64,000 nucleotides of DNA from Saccostrea echinata. Taxonomy: Eukaryota. This document shows positions 1-11,300 of this stretch, in pieces. Made by a program: the position numbers and the translations under genes. The DNA is taken from the NCBI RefSeq assembly GCF_033153115.1, contig NW_026889759.1, forward strand, positions 10,726,001 to 10,790,000. The letters run 5' to 3'. Below the pieces are notes generated by a model, which saw only the letters and a program-made list of their open reading frames with translations, searched no databases and was not told the origin of the DNA. The stretch's first letter is position 1. Each line of letters opens with the position of its first letter.

Positions 1-1685
1 CCAGTGGTATCCCTGTGGATAACCAGTCATTTTCCTCACACAGCTGTATGATGTGGTTTAATACTTGTGTCAAAAAATCAAAATCTAACACCCTCCACAT
101 ACCTGTTATAAAAAATGTAATGTTATATACAATAACTAAAAGAACTATATGTAACATTTTGAGGTCAAGTTTAAGACTATTATGATCATGCCTTCCTTAA
201 TGTAAATATTTAGGGACCTTCTATTTGACAAGCCTGAAGTTTCTTCAAAGATTCTTTAATTTCTGTTTCACTTCCTTGAACAATGTTCAGCAAATCCTCA
301 AATGAATACTGCAATAAACATATCAAAGTACCGGTAAACAAACAAATACAGGTACATGTGTAATTTAAAAGTTCTTTTTTTTATAATAAGAAAAAATACC
401 CTTCCATTTGATTCTTTTGGTTTTTATTACAAGATCTCAAGGCACCTCATAAATGAACTTAAGAATCTACAATCAATTTGTTTGTAAAACTTCCACATGT
501 ACATTGAATATCTTCCTAATTGGAGCTTATGAGTTCACTGACCTTATGACCCTGATGTTCCTCATCTTGTTCACACTCTCTACCACTATACATGTTCTCC
601 TCCAGTAGTTTCTTTAGTTTTGATACCTTTGGCTTGCATGGTCTTAGCTCATAGTAGTTATTCATCACAGATGTCACCTGGGTGAAAAAAGCATTTATAT
701 TACTTCTTGTCTAATTAAAAGTTGAAGATAATGATAATACATCAAAGATGTAGAAGTTAATTTAGTTATACAGTTGAACTTCAGCATCTCAAACACCAAT
801 ATCTTGAATACCATGGATATGTCGAAGTGATTTGGAAGTCCCAACCACACATTCCTTTAGTATTTAACCCTTGATACATGTATCTCGAATCCTTGGATAT
901 CTCGTAGTTTTTTCTCAGTCCCATGGAGTTCAAGATAATGAGGTTTGACTTGTATGTACCTTTGAAACCTTGATGATCTGGGGACCTGAATCATCCAAAT
1001 CCTGACCAATATCTAGTTGTGGAACAATCAACATAGAATTTGAAATCTCTGCCTCCTTCATTTCAAAAGTGGCAGTTTTAGTGCAAAGCACTGCCATGTC
1101 CTCTGAGTTCCCTCGAATTACTACCCTGGTATTAAAAGAAGAAGCATAAAGTGTTGAAAGAACTATATATATGCTTTGATCACAAAAAATAATTTGTACA
1201 TGTATGGAGACTAATGAATTGCAGTTTATAATCAATATAATGTAATGTTGCAGGCTAAGAAACTCCCCAGTTACTACTAGAAGTATACCTATCTCCATTT
1301 GTTAAGGTTTCCAGCACTGTATCATTCACCTCCAAAAGCTTGAACGACTGATTGTCAAGGTGTTCAGAAAAATAAATACACTGTACTGTTGGCTTAACAT
1401 CACAAGATTCTAATTTTGCATATTCCAAAACGGTGTTAATATCTTCTAGGGTCCTGTGAAATCCAAAATTCTATTTATTTCAAATGTAAGTTAAAACTAA
1501 CACGTATATTACTATATATACCAGATGCTTTCAATGAATCTGCTTTAAACAATTTAGAACCGTTTAAAAATAACGTATTTGTAATCATAAATCATATTTT
1601 TTTTCTTAGTAGAAAGAATGTTAAAAAATTGCATTTACTGGATAAAATGACTAAATACAAACCTGTCATCGTGATCGCTATCCAT
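1..1685 (-). CDS. DSCC1: Sister chromatid cohesion protein DCC1 (CTF18-RFC subunit), 5' part; gene continues past position 1
   Basis: Exons with GT-AG boundaries and consistent phase: 1663-1685, 1289-1453, 960-1125, 543-677, 218-308, 1-102. Translation MDSDHDDRTLEDINTVLEYAKL...RVVIRGNSEDMAVLCTKTATFEMKEAEISNSMLIVP...NNYYELRPCKPKVSKLKKLLEENMYSG...GMWRVLDFDF. This matches recalled DSCC1 motifs (VIRGD..EQAVLC, NNYWELR..PKL.KLKKLL.EN, GYWRILEFDY). Confidence 0.93.
771..952. mobile_element. Tc1/mariner (pogo/Tigger-like) MITE, copy 1
   Basis: TA-flanked CAGTTGAACT...GGTTTGACT(T)G ends with internal GATATCTCGAA-type repeats. Homologous copies at 4347-4504 and 44764-44938. Confidence 0.8.
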
Positions 1686-1697
1686 TCTATCTAGAGC

Positions 1698-1755
1698 TCG
1701 ATAATTTTTTTTTCCGCCAAACAAATTCGATAATTTTTTTTTCCGCCAAACAAAT
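1698..1755. promoter_or_regulatory. 29-bp tandem duplication just upstream of the DSCC1 start, each unit holding an E2F-like site (TTTGGCGGAAA on the minus strand)
   Basis: TCGATAATTTTTTTTTCCGCCAAACAAAT occurs twice (1698-1726, 1727-1755), 13 nt upstream of the ATG at 1685. The E2F assignment is by similarity to the consensus only. Confidence 0.55.
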
Positions 1756-2331
1756 TGAAAGTGCATGTAAAGCTGTTTCAAAAGCAGTTTCGTATCTTAT
1801 TAATTAAACCGTTCCATAAAAATTCGTTTCAACACCCCATATCCAGTTTAAGTTTGTACCGGTACACTAGTTGTTTTTTTTTAACAAGGGTAGCACCATT
1901 GAAAAAAAAAGTGAGAAAGGGCAAAATGAAATATGTATTATCTACAATTTAATTATTTTCATTATCCCCATAGGCACTCCCCAAAATATATACCTACTAA
2001 TATATTTTTTTAAACAATTAAGATGGGAAGTGCCTATGATTATCCCATCCTTCTGTGCACTGTGCTTTAGCCTAGTTTAGGGTAACAATAAGTGTGTCAA
2101 TCAGGCAACAGAAACATATTTTTCTTCAGGTCACATAAGGCAAATCATTATTATATTTTTGTTATTGGAATATGACTTATCCAACAATGCCCCCCCCCCC
2201 CAAAAAAAAAATCAGGTAGAAATTTAAATTTTTAATTTCCCTTTCCATGACAGCTTTATTAACAAAATGTATGTATATAAATAGATGTGTTCAACCAATT
2301 TACATTTTTAAAAAAAGACTTCTACATGTAA

Positions 2332-5300
2332 TTATTGCACTTTCTTTATTTCATTCTTTTTTGATTGAAATTGAAATTGTAGACAATGAAATACAATTAA
2401 AAACAGCACAAAATGAGCACAGGAATATATAGAAACCAGGACTGGAAAAAGATCAGGGTATCTAGGGGGAGGAGTCAGACACAGGTTAGCAACTGTCAGG
2501 CACAGGGCTCCAACCATGGACAACTTCATCTAGATTTAAAAGAGATGCACAATTTTAATATTAAATATACATATTAAAATAAAAAAAACATGCACAATCA
2601 TGGATGGAAAATATCAAAGTGAAGCATATAATTTTTCAGCTGTATCAATGTATAAATAAGACTATTTCATTATAATTATTTGAAATAAATTATCTATGAT
2701 TAAATATAATTTGAAAATAAGTTTCTCTCCAAAAGTAAAGTTTATATGTGCCTTACTTATCACATACATACTGAATACAGTTAAAGTTGTTTAGTACATG
2801 TACAAACACAGATATTGCTGAACAAATATAGATCCCGGCAGATTTCTTAACAATTGCTTATAAACAATATAGGAGTTGGCATACCTATCAATTTTATCGA
2901 AACTCTCAATAACTAAAACAAAAATATGTAATACCCAGTACTTTAATAATAACATCTTGTGTTATTATTATAGTATTACATATTTTTTTTTATTTATTAA
3001 AATTTTTGTAAAATTGAAAGCTAATTAAGCCAACTCCTGTGCTTATAAACGGTTATAACAAACACTGATATAATGATTTTATGGATGAAGCAAACTGATT
3101 TTGTTTCCCAGAGGTTAACAATTACAAAATTTACTCCTATTATAAAGAATTTATAAAGATCTCAAATTTTAAAATATTGAACTTACAATAATTTTTCATA
3201 AGTATTTATATTTAAAACTTAATTCATCAGAAAACTTAAGTACTTGTAGGTATTTAATATTTCGCTGAACATTTTCGGTAGTCATACATGTACTTGTGTA
3301 TTGCAAATTTGCTACATACACTTTAACAATTTTGATTTATGGATATGACAAATTATGGATAAAGAGAAGTAATTTCACAGGTTCCCATGAATTTACTGTA
3401 TCCAAGTTTTACTGTATACCGTATACAGGGAAAAAAAAGACTGTCATCAAGGATCATGATTTTGACAATGAACTTGGACTGAATCATCCTAAAAACATAA
3501 TGATTAGACCATTTCCATATAAAAAATAAATTATTTTAAAGGTTGCAAGGTACAAGCATTTTTGCACATGAATGCTGAGAATAAACACAAACTTTTGATT
3601 AAGTGTTTGTAGACTCTAAAGCTGTTTTCTTCAACATTATAAAAAAAAAATTATTTACACATAAAATGTTGACAGAAAGACAGAGAAGTGCACATATGGA
3701 AGGATGATTACAGTGTGGTATCTTATCTTTAATGGAAGCTCTAAACACTACTGAATTTTTTCTTTTTTTGGATTTTGAGAAAGTTGTACATGTATCACAT
3801 AAAGACGTACATACTAACTTTATCTAGTTCTTTTCAACATAGGGTACCTGCCATATTTCTCAAAGAAAAATGTTCAAAGATAATGAAGTACTACTGAAGA
3901 GAAATCACTATTGTTTACTTACATTGGAAAAATACAATCAAATAATGTTTTCAATTACTTTATCTTGGTCTAAGATAAAGTTAAGATTACTTTATTCAAA
4001 ATGTCATTTACTGTAGATTTCCATTTATTCCATTTTACAATGAACATCAAAGGGCAGATCACTCTAACTGCATGAAACTACCATGAAATTTGAACTCTTC
4101 AGTGAGCAGTGCTTAGAGCTTCCTTAAGCTGGGCCCTAATTAAACTTACCATCACAGTCTTAATTCTCTCCCAGGGTTGATCACTATTTCCAAAACTTAA
4201 GCTGAGGCATGTTCCACAGACCAGAGCGTGTACAGCTGTGGTAGCAAAAGCTGCCACAATGAGGTCATCCTTTATAAACAGTGGAAGCATGCTACAACAA
4301 AAATCATATACATTTTACAATGTACTGTATACAGTACATGGAGATGCAATTGAACTTCAGTACATGTATCTCGAACACTGATATCTCAAATACCATGGAT
4401 ATGTCAAAGTGATTTGGAAGCCCCAACCCCTTTTTCCCTGGATATCTTGAATCCTCAAAGTTTTTTCTTGGTTCCATTGAGTTTGAGATAACAAGGTTTG
4501 ACTGTATTTTAGGAATCAGAGAAAATATGCCATTGCAGAAAATTTAAAAAAAAAATAATTAAAAAAAAAAATCAAACAAAACCAAGGACTTCCATGTAAA
4601 ATTTAAAACCATATTAACATATATGTACTACATATATACAGTATATGTTTATATTTATGTCTTTGTTTCCACAAAATAGCTTCTAATTCAAATGGTCTGG
4701 TAATTAGAAATCACAAAAAATCACCACAAAAAAAGGCCTTTGTTTACCGTATATTGAATAATTAATCAACAAAGATGCTCAATTACAATATTTGAACTTA
4801 GGACTACAAAATTTATTAGTTTTTTCTTACCTGAATGTTGAAATGAAGTAAAACCATACACACCAAAATGGATTTTCATGAACGAGTAGGGATATTGCTC
4901 TACAAGTTATTCAACAACTAAATTATTTTCTGAATTTTTTTTAAAGACAACAGTAAATAACTTTAATTTAAGCAGATTCATTTTTTTAAATTATGGAATA
5001 CATGTACTGCATATATTAATCTGAGATTCCTCTAACCCCTGCTTTTATTTTGTGACATGTGCAGGGTAGATCTCCCCGCTTATGTCACAACATAAAAGCG
5101 GGGGTTAAAGTCAGAGGAATCTCAGATAATGCATATACCAGAAAACCTTGTAAAATAAATCCTTTCTGTATTTGTTTTATTTTATAATTACAACAATGAA
5201 GCAAAAAAAAAGTACTAGTTCATAAAAAAAAACGATTATAAAGTTTCCTAAAACTGGATATTGAAGTAATTATGTGATTGATAGTGAAATATAACTTACA

Positions 5301-8300
5301 GAGCTGGGAGAAGAATGGATTTCTCATGGACATGAAATGAAAATAAAAAGAACACCAGAGAAGAATTGACCTGCAAATAAAAATACACAGAACACATATA
5401 TTAATCAAGGTATCTCACTACATGAATATATACAAAACTTATATAAAATGTAAGAAATACTGTATACAGGGAAATTTTTTCCCCCATTTTATTTTCGCCC
5501 CTTTCACCCTACTCACAGTTGGGCGAATTTAAAATGGGGTGAATTCAAGAAAAGCTGTATAATTTCTTGAACAGAATTGTGATTGGACAAATTTAAAATG
5601 GGGCAAAATTGTTTGCAAGTATGAAAGGGCGAAAATAACACAAGGCAAAAATAACCCTGTATACAGTTTACTCACCAGAGCTATTCTGAAGTTCCTGTCA
5701 TTGGGAACACACAGTAGATGTAGTGATGATGGCAACAAGAACAGTACTGTTGTCAAAAGACTAAAAAGGAAAATATCAAGTTGAGAAACAACTCTGGCAA
5801 ATATGTAATACCACAGCTAACTTATGTAACATAATTACGAGTAGTTATTAAATCAGATGTTGTGGTTCTATCATCGTATTCTATTGGTTTTTTACTCACC
5901 TGAGCTAAGAGCTCAGATGACCTTTTCTGATCATCTTTTGTCTGTTTTCATCTGCTCTAGCTCTGTCAACTTTTTCACATTTTTGACTACTTTTCAAAAA
6001 CTATTGGGTCATTCACACAACATTTGTTGGTCAGAGAGAAAATGCAGATGAAGGGCTATGACCCTTCCAAAGGGAGATAATAAATAATAATAATAAAAAA
6101 AAAATGTTTATTTATGTATGCAAATAACATAAATTGATTCATACATTTCCAGTTTTAATATGATTTACATGACAAATGAGGATAAAAGACTATCATTTAC
6201 ATAATTTTACATCCATTAGAACCACATACATTTGACTTACCATATTAGAACCAGCTGATCCACAGTAAACATCTGTTTAAGTTTGATAAGGACTGCTAAA
6301 CTGCACCAAACATTGGCAACTTTATCCTAAACAGAATGAACAATTTCATATACATGTACTTAAAAATTCCTGTAATTTAATTCTTGCATCAATTTGCATG
6401 TGTATATAAAACAAGAGGCTCCCCAGGAGTCAGACTATCTCATCTGGCTGTAGCCAATTAAAAAATCTAATACTTGTCTGTACTAAGAACCAAAATTCAC
6501 CTAACCTTGAAAGTTCAGGGGTAAGGATTCGAAAAATGGATGATCAGACAGCTATAGAAATTGCTAAATACTTTGTACATAGATTTTGTCTCTTTAACCA
6601 TTTTTGTTTTTACAATTTTCATCTATTGGATTATCAGATAGCTATAGAAATTGTTAAATACATATATTTTGTCTTATCCAACATTTGTTTTTACAATTTC
6701 AATCTATTGTATGATTTAGTATAACAATGTAGCCAAAAACTACACAATAACAGATTTATATTTCAGGGGCTATAACTCCAAAATTTGAGATCAAATATTA
6801 ATGAAATTTCGTAAGACAAACAGACCTTATTACACCATCTGATTTTGTCATTATAGTTATACATGCATAACTCCAATAATTTTCAAGAAATCCTATTTCT
6901 GACTAGATATGTGAAATCATGTCTCTTACGTATTCTAATGCAGTAATCCCATGTCAGCTGTTGTTAAGATCGTGTTTCAGTACTCTTATGACAAGGTGTA
7001 AAAACAGCTAAAAGTGCAATTTAACAGTTTTATAACAAAAACAGCACTGTATTCTTGCATGATTTTTTCTCTCTGTATTTTGTTTTGTAATACATTTATG
7101 TAACATAATGCTTGAATTGATTGAATTTGCTGAGCATAGCTTAGTGGGTTTCAAAAAAGTTCCAGATTTAAAAAGATTAACATACATGTACCTGTTATTA
7201 TGAAGATTTTGTGGATTATGTAATATATGCAGTTTTTCTAAATATTTGCAAAATAACAATTATACAATTTTTAATTTATTCTTTAAAGAAAATTAAATCA
7301 TGTGTATGTAATATGCACTAATTAGTTTTTCTAATAAGCTTGACTTCCATCAGGGACCTATATACTATAAGGACCTATACAGTGTATAAGTCCCTGCTTT
7401 TATGTAAATTTGCAAGAAATATGGTTTCTTAAATTCAGAAGACATTACTGAATATTTAGATTTTGTGCAAAATCTCCCGCTGTTCTATGATAAAACAGCC
7501 TCCACTGTGTGAACCTGGAATTTTATATCCATTTTATTTTGCCGAGACTGTCCTCCAAAATCATCTACATGAACCTGGTATTTTTATATCTGGTTACTGC
7601 CATCGAAAGAATATATAATTCTAATGACCTCATACAATCCTCTTGCCAAAGGAAAAACTCTGTGAAGAACCTGGAAAAGATTTTCTTTAGATCCTAGAAA
7701 GGGCAACCAGCATGCTGTAAAAGTTGTCAACACAACAGTAGCTATCTTAAAAAGATGTGGTATTCTGCAAAGGAAAGAAAATAGACTACAAGAGTGTAAA
7801 TACTCTAAAATTACATTTGATTTTTATGAAATTATCAATAACAATATACCTTGTCCATTTCTGAAGGCACCATCCAAGCAGATAGCAAAAGAAGGGTAGT
7901 GCATGATAAAGCTCCATTTGTTTGTAGTTCAGAGCAAGACAAAAACATACCGAGCCCCAGAGGTGGAAACCATGGGAAATCCAAACTACTCCAAATAAGG
8001 CTAATCCCAAACTTACACAGTTGTATCTTTATGCAGGTCAAGGATAGTAGAAAACTTTGATAATTCAAAAGAAGTACTCTATAGGGATGCGCGATTTTAT
8101 CGGTATACCGGTATATCATGATTTTTTATTGCGTGATACGTATCGTGATACGAAGACTAAAATACCGGTATTTGGTACATAACTAAAAATATTCATTTGT
8201 TTGTTCAATCTATTGAATGACAATAACAGGAGGTGTTAAAATGTTGAAAACAGTTAAACAACTGCATCCAATCATTCTTTATATTAAATAAATAAATATT

Positions 8301-11300
8301 TAAACAGTAAAGTTATGCTTTTATAGCATATTTTTAGGAAAAATTATGGAAATTCATATGAAACTGTAGTACAAATTGTATGTAAAAATATCACGATTTA
8401 TCGTGATATTTTTGGGAAAAAATCGTGATATATCACGATACGAAATTTCTGCCGATACCCATCCCTAGTACTCTAACTTTGATGCACAACAATGCACCTA
8501 ATTTCATGACTGAGAAAGAGAGAGAATGAAAGAGAGAATAATTATAACTTCTTTGAAAGGATACTGAAAATGGCCATGGTCAATGAGCAAGAAACCAGGA
8601 TACAACAGAACAACCAGTGATAATTTGATCTGTGAATACACAAGGTTTAAAAAGGAAGGTAATTTTTATACAATTTTCAAAAAATATAACCTTACCGAGA
8701 AAAATGATGTTTTCAATCTCCAGTGTTATAAAACTTAATTCTACAAACCCTTTCCTGTATATGAAGTTTCTGCTGAACAAAGAACAAAATAACAGCAGGA
8801 AAAAATATGGCAACATCAGCAACCAGCACTGAAAATGGTAGAAAAAATGTTAAAAGTGACAACATCTGAAAATCACTGAAGAGTTTTTACATGTACAATA
8901 CATGTACATCATACTATTATTTCTAAGTATTTTTTTATTTCTTCGTACATCATAAATCTGATACATGTAACATTGCTCTTAAATATTAGCATGAAATTTC
9001 ATTTATTTAATTTAAAACAGAAGTTATACCAGTGTATCTCATGAACAGTTTGTGGGCATAGCTTTCGTGTCCATGGGATTCCTTTAAAGCCACCCAGGAT
9101 GGATTTATTTTGTGGGCACTGGAATTAATGTAAACTGAACATGAATAGTCAACAACTTCAGTTGTACAGCATTGAAAAATCTTGATCAGAAGCTAAGTAT
9201 CAGAATATAAATTAGCTAAACTTATGTCTTATGGTACTTACATTGCACCACAAAGCCAGCTATGATAGGCAGTCAAAGGGGGATAATCCAATCCCCAGTA
9301 CGATAAATTGTTGTTAATGCCATTGAAATACCTAAAAAAATTTAAAAGAAATTACTTATGATATTTAATTACTTTTTAAATTACTTATATTTCCTTTCTG
9401 ATAGAACACAAATACATGTACTACATATATTCATAGAAATGCAATGAAATCAGAAAAGAAGAGAGAGACAAAATTTACCGATTTGTACTGTGGACCAACT
9501 TTTATACATGTGTGATAAATATTTGGATATTTATGGTTGTGACACAGTGAAAGACTTTAAAATTTTGAAACAGAAATCTTTATAGAAAACATGAGTTGTG
9601 TTGCAGACCAGTGAATAAAAAATGTCCCATACAGTAGTTCGTTCACAGTAATGGGCCTCTTTTATGGGTTTGCATTCTATTTTACATGTATTATAAATTA
9701 AGTTCATTTAAAAGCAGTTGAATTGCTAGTTGACAAAGAAGCATTTGTAAACTACTGAACATCAAAATTAACAATTAAGAAGTTTTATTACTAATACTCT
9801 CATTAATGTCATATCAAAGGATGCCTAAACATGAATTATCTACATTATAGCAACAAAAGGTATATGGGTGAATTAAAAAAAAATGACCACCAAACTGAAT
9901 TTTTTGGGCAAAATTCAACTACTTATAACATATTTTTCACTTATATCATCATATTGCAAATGCATTCTAGAACAGAATAGAATAGACAATTGGATTAAAA
10001 AGTTTCAGAATTTTTATTAGTAAAATTTCTTTTGAAAAAAGAAAATATCATTACACCTTAAAAGACTTTCTAAAATACATAATCACAAGAAATTATAGTT
10101 TTTTATGCTTCAAAATGGTAAAAGGGGTATAAATGATTAAATCTAGACCTTGAATGAGTATCTTCCCTTGTACATGTGACAAAAAATTGGCTTTCTGATT
10201 GTTATTTTACATTATTTTTTCAATTCTGGTTTGAAAAGTTTTAATATGAAAAAAAATATGAAGCAATAAAATTCCCCAAAATTCACTTTTTTGTTCGTTC
10301 AAGTCAGTTCTTTAAATCTAAGCCAAAATGAATTGTTATATACGAGTTCTCTTACAAAAAATACTAGATTTTGAAGTGACCCTAAGTTACATTATTGTGT
10401 TGCACTCCTGACATCTGATATGTATTTTATTTAACATTGTTTTAAAAATTATAACACACAATAACCCATTCTTACTTTGTAAATCAATTTGTCGTGTCGA
10501 TATTTTTCATCGTTTACAGCAGGTTTTTCATATTTTGAAGACCTTAAAACATGATTATTTGCAAAGTGTAATATATATAAATTGTATTTAAAATATATGT
10601 GAAATGATGAAAACTATTCTCCGAATTGACTGTAAAATTTCTGTAATTTGTTGATAGACATAGTGTTTTGAACATCAAATAGTATCAAGCATTTTTTTTC
10701 AACTTATGTTTTAGTAAAGATAGTTAAAAAGCATTGGTAATTATGAAGCAGTTTTGTTGCACTCCTGACTGCAGTAAAGTTTAAAATTAAAACCAGAGAA
10801 CACAAAAATTCATAAAGTGTTAGAAACATCAAGTGGTAGTGAAATTGTGCAATACTTATAGTCCAATACTTCATAATTAAAACAGATGAAAATATTTAAA
10901 ATTAGCATTTTATCTGTAATTATACCCTATTTTATGCCAAAAAACTAGCTTAAATGTACAGTGTATATTTAGAAGATAAAATATATTTTAAAGCATATTT
11001 TCCCTTAGAAGACAAACACAGTAACCCACCAGAAAAATTCTACTCATCATTTTTTTCTTTATTTTCATTCTTATTGGATGATTTATAATTCTAACATATT
11101 TGTTGCACTCCTGACCAAAAGCATTGGGGCCTTTAAAGTAGAGTTGTGAAGTGAAAATTACATAAGAACTTGTTCTGTTGTTTCAGTGAAGTTGAGGAGG
11201 AATTACTTGAATTTTATGACAATGTTTTAGTGTGTTTATTTTTAACATTCATTTAAAAAATCACAAAAAAGATAAAAGTTCACATCTGAATTGATAAAAT

